This document shows, piece by piece, positions 26,309 to 43,278 of a DNA stretch of 64,000 nt; within the stretch, counting starts at the first letter, position 1, and each line of letters begins with the position of its first letter. The stretch covers positions 254,200,001-254,264,000 of the forward strand of contig OZ024740.1 of NCBI GenBank assembly GCA_964016885.1, given 5' to 3'. The notes under the pieces are model-generated. The model saw only the letters and a list, made by a program, of their open reading frames with translations. It made no database searches and was not told the origin of the DNA. Source of the stretch: Eledone cirrhosa. Lineage: Eukaryota. Position numbers and translations under genes: made by a program.

Positions 26309-26470
26309 AGGTAACATGATATGATGCCTAAAAAACATTTGTGAACAAGGAAGTGTCCAGTCAACATATGATAAATAAATGTAAAAGGATATAGAAGATT
26401 GGAAAAAAAGAAAGAAAGAGGAAAAAAGGAAAAAGACGGAGAAGATAACGGAGGAAAAATTTAAGAAGGA

Positions 26471-26558
<88 letters not shown>

Positions 26559-27289
26559 GAGAGAGAGAGGGAGAGAGAGCGAGAGAGAGATTTAAACTGG
26601 AAACGCTGTCAAAACTGAAAAACAGCTGAATAACGGCTGGAAAAAATATATACGGCTACTAAATAAATAAATTAAAAAATTGATGAGGTTTATGATTGAT
26701 GATGTTTATGATTACAGATATAGAAACTAGGTATATTATTTAATTAGGGTTTATATACTAAAAGATTTATTAAGAGGTGTGAAAATGTATTATTAAAATA
26801 AAATAAAGTAAAATAAGATAAAATAAAGTAAAATAAAGTTAAATGATTTATAAGCGTAAAAGACGATATAAGGTCCTAGTTTGTTTAAATAGAATGTAAT
26901 TGAAAAAATATTTCTGTGAAAAAGTATATATGTGTAGAAGAAAATAAATAAGAATAGACCGATAATGTTAAATTAAAAGTTTACTATTAAAAATTACAGA
27001 TTATATATAAAAATTAAAGATTATATATAAAAAAATTAAATATAGATTGTATATAAAAGAACTTATATATGTGGGAAAACTATTTAAATATTTAAATATT
27101 AAATTAATCCACAAGCAAATAAAGGAAAATGTTATAATTATTTAAGCGTAGAAAAAAGCGTGGCGAGAGCGAAGAGAAAACGAAGAAGAAAAACATATGA
27201 CGTCACAATTTGTTTACAAAATCAACGAATGTTTATACTGATTAAATTGATGTGATAAATGGGGAAAGTGAGCGGCTTAAAATAAATAT

Positions 27290-27482
27290 AATAATTGTTT
27301 CTACATTTGGCACAAGGCCAGCAATTACTCCAGTGTATTACTGGTACTTTATTTTATCGACCCCGTAAGGATGAAAGGCAAAGTTAACCTCGGCGGGATT
27401 TGAACTCAGTCCGTAAAGGGACGTAACTGTGCTGCAAAGCATGGCGTCCGACCCTCTACCGATACTGCCAATCCACCGCCTT
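27290..27482 (-). mobile_element. tRNA-derived SINE, full length
   Basis: A and B boxes plus gcctttcatccttacggggtcgataaa core. Confidence 0.88.
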
Positions 27483-29351
27483 AAAAAAAATATAATAATG
27501 AGAAAAAATAATATAAAGAAACATTAAATATGAACTATCTAAATAATATTTTGTATCACCAAGTAGATAAAGGAATTTGCTAGAGTGATTTAAAAAGTAG
27601 AGGACCAAATAACGTCATAGTATGTTTAAAACTTTGTAGAATGTACTGAAATATGCGAGATAAAAAGGTATTTGTGTAAAACCCCCCCAAAAATATGTGT
27701 GAAAAAATGTTTAATCTTAATCATGGAATAAGATATAGGGTATTAGCTGTATACTTCGTGAGAGATTTATGGATGCAGAGAGCAAATAAATCGGTGCGCC
27801 TATTTATTATAAATTCGCGATAATGGTAAATTGTTCAGCTAGATATAAATTACAAGCCCTAGATATGGAAGCGTTAGAATATGGAGAAGCATTGCATATT
27901 TTTCTCCAAGAAATTTTGTAATTAATGTTTTTGTCTTTTAAGGACCAGATGAGTTCTGAGAGTGCAGTGTTTGTTCTTTTAATTGGATATTTAAAAGATG
28001 AAGAATAGTTATATAGTCTTGCCTTAAAGGAAGTAGAAGTAGAGCCAATATAGGTGTAAGCATTGGTACTAGTTAGCACCTTACATTCGTATACTAGATT
28101 TTTATCGAGACAGAAATTATTAAGAGGACATTTAGCAGTTGCATTTACGATTAATCTTATTAACAGAGTTATTTGCAAGTGGCCCAGGATTATTTATAAT
28201 AGGAATTGTAGTGGTGGAATTAGCTAAAGGAGGTGCTAATGTTTCCTGATTTAGATTACTATTAGAAGCATTCATCAAAATTACGTTTGACGTCGTATTT
28301 ATATTTAAGTTATCTTGTCTAGAGTTTACATTGACGTCGAGCCTTACAGTGTTATTATTATGACGCTCACGGTTGGATGCATATGAGTTATTATTTAATA
28401 TTTTAGAATTATGTTTTGAGATAATGTTAGAAATGTTGGAAGTGGTAGAATAAGAGAATTTAATTGCATGCTTATTAAAAATCTTACTATAAATATGTGA
28501 AGGGGGGGGGAAGCTGTTATCTAAAGCCCTAAAAAATAATTTAGGAATATTACTAATAATTGAAAGAGAGAATGGAGCGTTGTACCAAATAATATTTTTA
28601 TATCTAGGTCTCCTCTTTATGTTATTGGTATGCTTATAACTAGCTATATTACTATAAGTTCTGCCAAGATTGGTTTCTTTAGTGTATTTAATTTTGTCTG
28701 GCTATCCAGCTCCAGATAGCGCATTATTGTAATAATTGGCGTTGGCATCAAAGATAAGTTTATTAGAAGATAGATTAGAAATTCTTTTTTCAACATTTCT
28801 GACTATAGCAGTTTTAACATTAATAGGGTGGTTTGATTTAAAATTTACATAATTTAGGTTCTCATTATCCTTATGGTATGGGTAATTTAGGCCGGTATCT
28901 AGATTAAAGGATATATCTAGGAAGCTAGCTAATTTAACGTTGTTCTCAAATTCGATTTTTAGGTTAAGGCGCTTAAATAGTTCAAGTATATTATTCTTGA
29001 TAATATTAAGGTTTACTATGTTACAGTTTAAGACAGTAAAAAGAGCATCGTCACGATATATTCCACCGCGAAGTTGAGGAATTTTCCGATTTAAAGAGTT
29101 CAAGATGAAGATTCCAACCAAGTCTGTCAATTGCGCTGAATCCGACGAACCCATGGTGATGTCAAAATTGTTGGAAGTATCAGCTCTTGTCCAATGTTCG
29201 TTGTTGAATTCCAGGATAGTTTTTCTTGCGGTGAGAATGATGTTCAATTCATCTGTAGTGATGTCCGAGTATTAAAACGCATAGGAGAGAGCCTTGTTGA
29301 GGAGTGAAGGAGAAATAGAAGAATAGTAATTGGCAATGTCAAACTGAATAC

Positions 29352-30430
29352 ATATCCGCAAGGCTATACGGAGGGAGGGCCTCGACATCCACCTGGCCCA
29401 CTCGGGCCCCTCCCTGCGAAGATGCCTCTCCAGAAAACCCGAAAAATCTACTGACGCATGCTCCCTCAGAGACTGCCCGATACGCCATGCTAACTGTTGC
29501 CTACGCACATACGTCGTGTATAAGATAGAATGTGACAGGTGCAACCAATACTACATAGGTAGCACAATTCGACCTTTGCACATCCGGATCAAGGAACACA
29601 TTAAAACCAGGGCCTCGTCTTTCCGGAAACACATAGACAAATGCGGAAACAAAGACGGAAGGCCCATTGTCACAATTCTAGCGACTGAAAGAAACGTCGG
29701 CACGTTACGTATTAAGGAAGCGCTTCTTATCAAACAACTGCAACCGCAAATAAACAACCGATTAGAGAGAAGCGAAATGAAATGGCTGGTTTAAGTTAAC
29801 AAGCGATGCAACAACACACAACACACGCAAACGAGACAACTACACACACACACACACACACACACAGTAGCATTCCACCATACGAACATACTACACTGCC
29901 AATACAGATGAACAAGGCAACAACACACGCACACACACACACACTCAAGCGAGACAACAACACACGCACACACACACACACAGTAACATTTAACAAACAG
30001 GCAGAGAATGGACTGACAGCTAGCGCCATCCCACTCCCTCATCCGGCCGCTGACCTCTGTACGACCGACCCCATTTCACGCGCACGCGCGCTCGGCCGAA
30101 TACCTCAGATATTCAAATCAACAGACAGCGAAAGACGCGTTCCGAGTTGTCCGACAGACAACCTTTTCCCCCACCCCGGAAAAAACCCCAGTTGATGGAT
30201 GTGAATCCGAAATATATAGGGACTATTAAATCTCTCCCAAGGTAACTCTCTCTCTTGTGTTGTTATTATTATTTTTATTCTTTTACTCTTCCCTTCATTC
30301 TACACATCTCACACATCTTATACACACCACGCATCTCAACGTACAGCCATTTACATATCTCTCTCTCCACCACCGGACCTTGTTACCCGGAGATTTACCC
30401 ATTTGCATTGTCGAGGCTTCCAAACGACTT
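29352..30430 (+). mobile_element. Nested Penelope/Poseidon-type PLE 3' fragment
   Basis: YKIECDRCNQYYIGSTIRPLHIRIKEH...KEALLIKQLQPQINN; degenerate HHR at 30186-30221; splits host RT between KIFI and QFD. Confidence 0.85.
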
Positions 30431-30826
30431 ATAAATATTTTGTTTTTGTTTTTATTATTCAGATCATTGAACTAGTCTATCACATCAGAGGTACCCAACT
30501 ATAAATTTAGTTGAGAATTAGAGCAAACCTGTGGGATAACTCTATCCAAGATGGATTTACTAACAACCCCAAGATCGGATTTAGAAGGAGAAATTAGTCT
30601 TACAGGCAATTCAGTTCGAAAATTTGTTTTGTGATCTTTCAGATTAATCCTCGGAATTCTTGGGAAGAAGGGTTCAGTCTTTTTCTCAATACCAAGTTTT
30701 GAAATAATCTCAAAAGCTTCGAAATTAATAGACTCAAGATTATCATGGGTAGTTTTGCGATAGTTTTTTCCTTAGTTCTTTAAGGATAAGGTTATTATAT
30801 TTATCTTTAGTTATGCCGTAAGGTTA

Positions 30827-31681
30827 TCTATATTAATTTCAACAATGTCATTATTCCGTGTGTCATAATTCTCGATTATCATTGGTTCATAGGTTTCAAA
30901 CGACTCCGCCCACCACAACGACGCCAAACTTAAATTAATATGCATAATGCCATTCAGGGAGTGAGAGGGGAGAGCAAGAAACAGAGAGGCAAAGTGAACG
31001 CTGTAACTATTACCATGTGTGCGTGTGTATGTACGTGCGCGTATGTTTACGTGTGTGTGCGTGCGTGCAGCGTTCCACAGAAAGTAAAGGCAATTCGACT
31101 TTATCAAACAGTGAACTACAGCGGCGACAGCGTGCAGCCAGGAATGAAGAAAAACGGGCCGAACAGCGCAATCGGAACGCCGAACTTCAGAGGCGAAGAC
31201 GTTCCGCCATGAATGGAGAGGAGCTGGCTGAACAATGCCAACGAAACACTGGAGCCAAGCAGCGACGGCGTGCTGCGATGGTTGAAGACGAACTGGCTGA
31301 GCATCATATTTTATATTAATTATCTATATCTATATCTACATATAATATAAAAGATTGGAACTTCCATCATCCTTTTGAGAAACGTGGAAGAACCACGTCT
31401 ATGCAATGATACACGTTTTACAGTCTGGCAGAAGATGAACCATCTCCTAGAGGTCATTATTCTAGGTGGGAGCACCTAGAATTGTTCATATACTATGCAC
31501 AAACAGTACAACGAAGAATCTGGTATATCTGGAAGATTTTTTTAACTGTTTTCTGTATTACACAGACACCACGGACTCGCCTCATACTGTAACCAGACAA
31601 ACATCCAATACAGTCATTTTCTCTTTTACCTGTCTTCTCTTATCATCTGTTTACCCGGGCGAAGCTGGGTACGTCAGCTAG
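30827..31681 (+). mobile_element. Composite Helitron remnant
   Basis: A|TC start; charged N-terminal repeats (31090-31300); second TCTATATCTAT start ~31323; IILLRN..PRLCNDTRF Pif1 motif; hairpin and CTAG|T at 31678-31682. Confidence 0.8.
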
Positions 31682-31971
31682 TTATATTTATCTTTAGTTA
31701 TGCCGTAAACATTCGTTGATTTTGTAAACAAATTATGACGTCATATGTTTTTCTTCTTCGTTTTCTCTTCGCTCTCTCCACGCTTTTTTCTACGCTTAAA
31801 TAATTTTAACATTTTCCTTTATTTAATTGTGGATTAATTTAATATTTAAATATTTAAATAGTTTTCCCACATATATCATTTCTTTTATATATAATCTATA
31901 TTAAATTTTTTTAATATATAATCTTCAACTTTTATATATAATCTGTAATTTTTAATAGTAAACTTTTAATT

Positions 31972-32379
31972 TATAACAGGGTTACTGGGGTTGTATGAAT
32001 ATAACAAGAGACTCGGTTGTATGTACAATGTTTATTTAACAAGGTTGAGTTATGTAGAGAAGAATAGTTGACATGCCAAGAGAGATGGAAGAATGAATTA
32101 AAGTTAGTTGTATTACCGTTTTGAAGTCATCTCGCAAGAGACCAAGTGGTCTTTACATTACCATGTTCAGGTTGCCAGAGAGTATAGCCTCGGCGAACGC
32201 GAGCCTGGCCGAAGGGCCAGGCAGGTTAAAAGAGAGGGAGAAAGCTGAAAGCTCTCTCCTTTATATGGTTCCCTGGACGGAAGTGACAAAGAAGACTCTG
32301 CCACCTCAACGGGAAGTAACTCCAGCTACTTCCTGTCTAGAGAGCGCTACTGGTGATAAGGGAGGCAACTCTTGCTACA
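31972..32379 (-). mobile_element. Solo LTR with 4-bp TSD (AATT)
   Basis: Absent from the opposite pLTR arm (26960-26985); TGTAGC...GTTATA ends; AATT at 31968-31971 and 32380-32383. Confidence 0.88.
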
Positions 32380-32758
32380 AATTTAACATTATCGGTCTAC
32401 CCTTATTTATTTTCTTCTACACATATATACTTTTTCACAGAAATATTTTTTCAATTACACTCTATTTAAACAAACTAGGACCTTATATCGTCTTCTACGC
32501 TTATAAATCATTTTATTTTATTTTACTTTATTTTATCTTATTTTACTTTATTTTATTTTAATAATACATTTTCACACCTCTTAATAAATCTTTTAGTATA
32601 TAAACCCTAATTAAATAATATACCTAGTTTCTATATCTGTAATCATAAACATCATCAATCATAAACCTCATCAATTTTTTAATTTATTTATTTAGTAGCC
32701 GTATATATTTTTTTCAGCCGTTATTCAGTTGTTTTTCAGTTTTGACAGCGTTTCCAGT

Positions 32759-32829
<71 letters not shown>

Positions 32830-33412
32830 TCTCCCTCTCTCTCTCTCTCTCTCACTCTCTCTCTCTCTCTCTCTCTCCTTCTTTCTTAAATTTTTCCTCC
32901 GTTATCTTCTCCGTCTTTTTCCTTTTTTTTCTTTCTTTCTTTTTTTCCAATCTTCTATATCCTTTTACATTTATTTATCATATGTTGACTGGACACTTCC
33001 TTGTTCACAAGTGTTTTTTAGGCATCATATCATGTTACCTTATTTTATCTGATGAGAACGCAACTATCGTCCCAGGATGATATTTGTTTTTAAAATGCAC
33101 ATAATAAAATATATGGAACTTTTTTAACCATCTTTTAATTTCTTCTTATATATACTCCAGTCCAATAAACTGTTGAGTGCTACTTATCCGATATATGCAT
33201 AGTTTTATTGTTCTACAATAAAACTCACCTCCTTCATTATTATTATATTATATATATACATTTATCAAGTAAGAATATTTTCGAAACAGCGAGTGGGTTT
33301 GAAATTATTAGAAATGTAAGCTATATCCGTATTTTGACTAAAGAAATTAAAGAAATTATTTAGCCTGATAGTGGGGTTAAGAACCCTCGGAGAAATGGAA
33401 AAAAATGAGTAT

Positions 33413-33483
33413 TGACGTACATGGGAGTCGAACCCACATCTTTGGTTATCCGGACCACTGTTTACCATTTACACCAACACATC
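33413..33483 (-). pseudogene. tRNA-like sequence (pseudo-tRNA or SINE head)
   Basis: GATGTGT..GTACGTCA acceptor stem, TGGTGTAAATGG A-box, GTGGG-TTCGACT-CCCAT T-arm, T7 run 8 nt downstream; non-canonical anticodon loop CCGGATA. Confidence 0.6.
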
Positions 33484-33535
33484 ACATATATATATATATA
33501 TGTGATGTGTTGGTGTAAATGTGTTGGGGTAAACA

Positions 33536-33890
<355 letters not shown>

Positions 33891-33897
33891 ATTCCAA

Positions 33898-33929
<32 letters not shown>

Positions 33930-33956
33930 ATATATAAATATAAATATATATATATG

Positions 33957-34620
33957 TGTTATTGCTCGCACCAACCTGAGGTATATGATTTTTAATGCGA
34001 TGAAATACCAATGATGGTTGGAAAATCACTGACGAAGGACTATTTTTATCATATGTAACCCATGTGCAACCACGCAGTATTCTTCTTTCTTCTCATGTTT
34101 TTTATATATATTTACCTCGGCTGCATTTGTCTGTTTCTCTCTTACTGCTTCCCCGTTCTCTCTGTTTCTCTCACCTTGTTTCGTCCCGTCTGTCAGTTAC
34201 ACTTTCTCTCGACTGACCGCTTCCTCGCACTTCCACTCACTCACTCTCTGTTTCTCCCCTTCACACTTCCTCCCGTTTGGCTTACAGTGGATCTCTTCTT
34301 GCTTACATCTCACTCACGTTGGACGTCTGTACCTTTCGCTCATGAAATCCACCCAGCTTATGCTGATCAAGACTACCATGTTGCTTGTTTTTTTCCTTTC
34401 TTTGGTTTGCTTTTATCCTTCTATGTTGTTCACTTGTCCCCCTCGCTTTACGCGATTTACTGGTCCCAATAACTTTTTTTAGTTATTGCTCGCACCAACC
34501 TGAGGTATATGATTTTTAATGCGATGAAATAACAATGATGGTTGGAAAATCACTGACGAAGGACTATTTTTATCATATGTAACCCATGTGCAACCACGCA
34601 GTATTCTTCTTTCTTCTCAT

Positions 34621-34625
<5 letters not shown>
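33957..34625. repeat. (TA)n-flanked element with ~145-bp direct repeats (525-bp period)
   Basis: gttattgctcgcaccaacc...cttctcatgttt at 33958 and 34482. Confidence 0.8.
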
Positions 34626-34697
<72 letters not shown>

Positions 34698-34842
34698 ATA
34701 TATATATATTTATATTTATATAATATATAAATATAAATATATATATATGTGATGTGTTGGTGTAAATGGTAACACAGTTAAGTTATATATATATATATAT
34801 ATATATATTTATAGTTATCGACTGGTTATATATATATATATA

Positions 34843-38065
<3,223 letters not shown>

Positions 38066-38079
38066 ATTTGTTAATATAT

Positions 38080-38166
<87 letters not shown>

Positions 38167-38197
38167 GTATCATATATATATATATATATAACCCTTT

Positions 38198-38293
<96 letters not shown>

Positions 38294-38389
38294 AGCCACC
38301 TATCCCATACCTATTACCTCCCCATCTCTTCCATTCATCCCTCACTCATCTTGAGGTTCTTCAAGAGATAAGACACACTTGATTCTGAA

Positions 38390-41300
38390 AGGCTATAATG
38401 ATTCACTAGAACTGCTAAACCATGTAGCAGCCATCCATGCTGGCCAGTATGACTGTCTCTACTAAGTCATCTACTCCCTTCCTCTCTCTTACATTATTAC
38501 TATTGTACTATTTATCATTTCGCTGGCCCCTTCACAACACATATTTATTCTTTACCCTTGCTTTTGGCCAGTATGACTGTCTCTAACTGTCTCTACGAAG
38601 TCATCTACTCCCTTCGAAATCCTAACATTTCGCCTTGTCTTATATAGGTACTCGTATCGGTTTATTTCGCGGAAATCACCTGAGATGCTATAGACCATGA
38701 TGGCTACCTATCTCACAATTTCCCTCCCATTCATCCCCTCACACCACCATAGCCTATTCGACCAATCAAACCTCAGCATGTCCCTCTACCCATTACCAAC
38801 CTCAACAAACTCTGCCATTACTACTACTACTATTATTACCTCTCTCCTCACCCATCCCAGCCCCAACAAACCCTGCCATTATTACCACCACCACTCTTCT
38901 TCTAGCCCTGTATTCTCCTACCGTTATGTATGGATGAGCTGAGAATAAATGGAGCAACCCCGAATGAATAAATGAAAATAAATATGAATTCGCGAGCTAC
39001 CAAGCACCATGTGAAGCTTCAATTCAGAGACAGGAAGCATACACACCCCTGCAAAAATTTACCCTTTCCTACGAATGTTGACAAATGCCCAAAAACTCCG
39101 AGTTGGAACCATCAATGTAAGCACCATGAAAGGAAGAGCAGGAGAAATCGTAGAGGTGCTAGAGCGAAAAGAAATTGATGTATGCTGTGTGCAAGAGACT
39201 AGATGGAGAGGAGAGTCTGCTAGAGTTCTTGTAGGAAAAAGTCAGTGCTACGCGTTTTTGTGGGTGGGAAATGACGATGGGATGGGTGGTGTAGGTATCC
39301 TACTAGCTGACATAGTGGGTAGATCAGGTAATCTCAGTGAACAGGGGGAATGCAAGAATCATTAAACTCAGACTAGTCCGGAATAAAACAATTACCACAA
39401 TAATATCAGCTTACGCACCCCAATCGGGGTTGCCAGACGAACTTAAAGATAGGTTTTACGAGTCCCTAATGCACACTACTGCTCTAACAAACGACAATGA
39501 CTTCCTAATCATTGCAGGAGATTTTAACGGACACAGTGGCGGCTTTTATAGAGTCCATGGAGGCCATGGGGTTGGCACAAGAAATGAAGAAGGCTTCAGG
39601 CTTCTAGAATTCTGCAGCGCCAATGACATGTCGATATGTAACACAAACTTAAAAAAACCCGACAACCATTTGATCATAGTCAGATAGATTTTATCCTCAT
39701 CAGAGGACGTGACAGATGGACGGTCGTAAACACAAAAGCTTTCCCTAAAGATCTGGAAGCTGAAAGACCCCTCAGCCAGTAACAGATTTAAAGATATTTT
39801 ACTCAACGCCTACGACAGTAAAGAAGAACAGATAGAGACATTCAATGTAGAAGAGCACTGGGAGTTCCTAAAAAATAACTTACTAGAGGCGACGGATGAG
39901 ATCTGTGGCTGGAGTAAGACCACAAGCAGGAGGAGAGTGACTTAGTGGTTGAACAATAAGGTAGATGAGGCAGTTAAGGGCAAGAGACAGGCATGGAAAG
40001 AATGGAAGAACGGGGGAAGCAGGGTACATTACATAGAGACCAGGAGGGAAGCTAGGTGACAAGTATACTTAGCTAGGAGGGAAGCAGAGGATAGAAAATT
40101 CAAGCATGTTTTGCAACGCGAGGACCAGAAACAGGAGGTGTTCAAGATTGCGAGGCAGTGTGTAAGAGAGAATTGTGATGTCATTGGAGAGAAGTGTATC
40201 CAGAATGATAAAGGTGAGATTGCCCTCACATGTGCCGAGAAGAAAGCTGTGTGGAAGAGCCATTATGAAAGATTACTAAATGAGGAGAATGCATAGGGAA
40301 AAGAGACCCTACCCCAAGCGGACCCTATAGAGGAGCCAGCAGTACAAGTCAGCAGCAGCGTAGTAAGTAAGGCAATCAAAGATATGAAGACAGGGAAGGC
40401 AACCGGTCCATCGGGTATAGCTGCCGAGTTGCTGAAGGCATCTGGGTGGGTAGGTCACACCGTAACCACACGTATTGTTAACCAGGTAATACTAGAGGGT
40501 ATCGTACCGAAGGATTGGTGCAGCATCATCATTGTCAACTGTTTCAACAGTAAAGGTGATGCATTAGATAGAGGAAACTGTAGAGTTATAAAGCTGATGG
40601 ACCAGGTCATGAAAGTAACGGAAAGAGTTGTAGCGGTTGTCTCCCTTGTTTTGATTAGGATCTAGACGGGAAGTGGAACCCTTTCTGCAACTTCCGGTCA
40701 GAGCCCTATAAAACTAACAACTTTAAGCTTCCTTTCTCTCTTTGCCTTTTCGGCACCAGGTCAAGAATCTTCTCATTTGGCTCTGCCATTAATTTGGCCA
40801 ACAGGCGCCTGGCCTTAGCCAGGCGCCCTCTGCCAGCCGCGTTTGCCTGGCAATCAAAACGGTAACTACTAACTTTGTTTCATTCTAACATCTATCTTTG
40901 ACATGTCAAGTATTCTATCTACCGTTAATTAAATATTATACACACAAACCATGTCTCGTTTTGTTACATTCATACACCCAGTATCCTCGTTATATTGGTA
41001 ACCCTGACGTGATACGAACACGCAGCCGTTCATCGCTATAAGTGGTCACCCCCCAAAAAAAGAAAAAAATAGCACATCTGGTTTTGTGAGTAACATTACG
41101 AATACACAGCAAATTTAGCGACAAACTATGAAAATACTCAAGGACACGCACACACGCACATGTGGAATTCGCACAGACATACTTTTTCTCTCACGCATCA
41201 ATTAACTGTCGCATTTCACCAATATATATATATATGTTTCTCGTTTCTTACAACGAACACTTTCAAAACAAAAAAAAACATTTCACGATATATATATATG

Positions 41301-43110
41301 TTTCTCGTTTCTTACAACGAACACTTTCAAAACAAAAAAAAACATTTCACGATATATATATATGTTTCTCGTTTCTTACAACGAACTCTTTCAAAACACA
41401 CAAAAAAAAAAAAAAAAGAAATTTGATATTCTTTAAAAAACATTTCAACAGGAACATTTATTTTCGATGAACCATTGCCTTTTGTTCTTCGTTTTCTTCA
41501 TCGTTCAAGTTTTTTGTTTTTTTCCAAAGTTCACACCTATAATTATGCTGATTGAAGCCTTTCTTTTTCATCATTGTCACTTTCAAAATTGCACTATCAT
41601 TTTCTCGCGCGTTAGAAATATTTTTTTTTCAACCTTGTATTGGCACGTGTAGGCAGCATAAATTCTCGATTCACTGAGATGTCTCTACTCACAGACAGCC
41701 GCACGCCATTTATCACCAGGGATTCTTCAGCCTTAAGCTATATTCTTCTATTTGCCGGTTTATAAATTTACAATGTAAATTTACCGTTGATAACCGCGCA
41801 TTTATTAAGAATGCTTATTTCTCTGGTCGCTGGCCTCTTGACCCTTCCAGGTCAACGCATTCTCAACATCGACCATCAACTTCGGCTGCTATTTCTAGCA
41901 CTTTGCGCAACTCATTTTTTTTCTAAAAAAAAATTTTTTACTGTGAATTTAAACACCGAATACGCTCACTCAGCGAGACAACAGCAGCAGCAACAGCAAT
42001 ACATCAATACAGCTTCACCAAAGCCAAAGAATTCATTTTTGCAGCACTCTTCCTGTGAGAAAATCCATTCGGAGGTTGGAAATTTCACGATATACCACAG
42101 AACAGAAACCACCTGCATTCATTCTCTGGAACACACTTTCTTTCCTGCTGTCATGTGATTGCACACCTGTGAACTATATTTTGAACTTTGAGCTCTTCTA
42201 TTACTTTTACTTTATTACATTGTATCTTTGGGTGATGGATAGATGGATGTCCAGTCGTTCTCTGGCCAAGAGCGGTTGGCTACCTTGATATCTATCATTG
42301 ATTTTTCCAAACATTCTTTTGTCGTAATTTTCATGCCTGTTACAACATTCTCGCCAACTTGCTACATGTTTTCATTTCGATTTTTATACACTAAAATTCT
42401 GGCGGGAGGTTATGTAGCGGTTGTCTCCCTTGTTTTGATTAGGATCTAGACGGGAAGTGGAACCCTTTCTGCAACTTCCGGTCAGAGCCCTATAAAACTA
42501 ACAACTTTAAGCTTCCTTTCTCTCTTTGCCTTTTCGGCACCAGGTCAAGAGTCTTCTCATTTGGCTCTGCCATTAATTTGGCCAACAGGCGCCTGGCCTT
42601 AGCCAGGCGCCCTCTGCCAGCCGCGTTTACCTGGCAATCAAAACGGTAACTACTAACTTTGTTTCATTCTAACATCTATCTTTGACATGTCAAGTATTCT
42701 ATCTACCGTTAATTAAATATTATACACACAAACCATGTCTCGTTTTGTTACTTTCATACACTCAGTACTCTCGCTATAGAGTTATAGCACAGTTGATTAG
42801 GTTTCGGGGGAAACTAGATGCGATGCAATTTGGGTTTGTGCCAGGAAAAGGCACCACTGATGCCCTCTTCCTTGTGAGGCAATTACATGAAAAGTTCTTA
42901 GCTAAAAGCCGCTCTATCTGGCATTCGTCAATCTGGAAAAAGCCTTCAACAGAGTACCCCGTGCTACAATCTGGTGGGCTCTTAGAAAATTAGGAGTAGA
43001 TGAATGACTTGTGAAAGCTGTACAAGCCATGTATAGAGGAGCAGTCAGCAAAGTCAGGGTTAGCAATGAGTATAGCGAGGAATTTAGCATACAGGTTGGT
43101 GTCCACTAGA
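38390..43110 (+). mobile_element. RTE-like LINE pseudogene (APE+RT), interrupted by an LTR element
   Basis: VGTINVSTM, VQETRW, SAYAPQ, AGDFNGH, KATGPSGI, QFGFVPGKGTTDA; frame KVTERV|IAQLIR is restored on removing 40629-42782. Confidence 0.92.
40629..42778 (+). mobile_element. Non-autonomous LTR retrotransposon (TRIM/LARD-like): 366-bp LTRs, 1.4-kb non-coding interior
   Basis: LTRs 40629-40994 and 42413-42778 nearly identical; TSD GAGT; tRNA-Trp PBS at 40996; PPT ggcgggagg; 3x ~63-bp internal tandem at 41210-41410. Confidence 0.93.
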
Positions 43111-43278
43111 TCCATACAAGGACCATGACTCGAGCTACATGCCGGCGAAACATTTGTAACACGAAATAAACTAAGTCCAGATGCATCACTGATTTTTCGT
43201 TTTCTTTATAATATAATGATATATATATATATCTATCTATATATAATGATATATATATAATGATATATATATATATAC

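Larger units (their letters stand above)
26204..33146 (-). mobile_element. Penelope-like element with ~1-kb inverted pseudo-LTR arms (26204-27235 / 31706-33146) and nested insertions
   Basis: RT remnants QFDIANYYSSI, FDITMGSSD, GIYRDD and SNHP (28702-29350, 30431-30820); GIY-YIG at 27807-28178; the arms are reverse complements. Confidence 0.9.

Noticed and set aside
25980-27482. SINE heads as functional tRNA genes
   Set aside because: They are multi-copy, with a conserved SINE body and tail and no proper cloverleaf
30795-31708. 27-bp direct repeat as a Helitron TSD
   Set aside because: The geometry fits insertion at A|T within a pre-existing 32-bp tandem duplication, not a TSD
33971-34021. 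ccaacCTGAGG...GAAA...ggttgg in the 525-bp repeat as a hammerhead
   Set aside because: Core boxes and stem II are too degenerate to call; worth rechecking on a consensus
41205-41410. Regular repeats resembling a CRISPR array
   Set aside because: These are head-to-tail 63-bp tandem copies with no unique spacers, in a eukaryotic LTR element, with no cas genes
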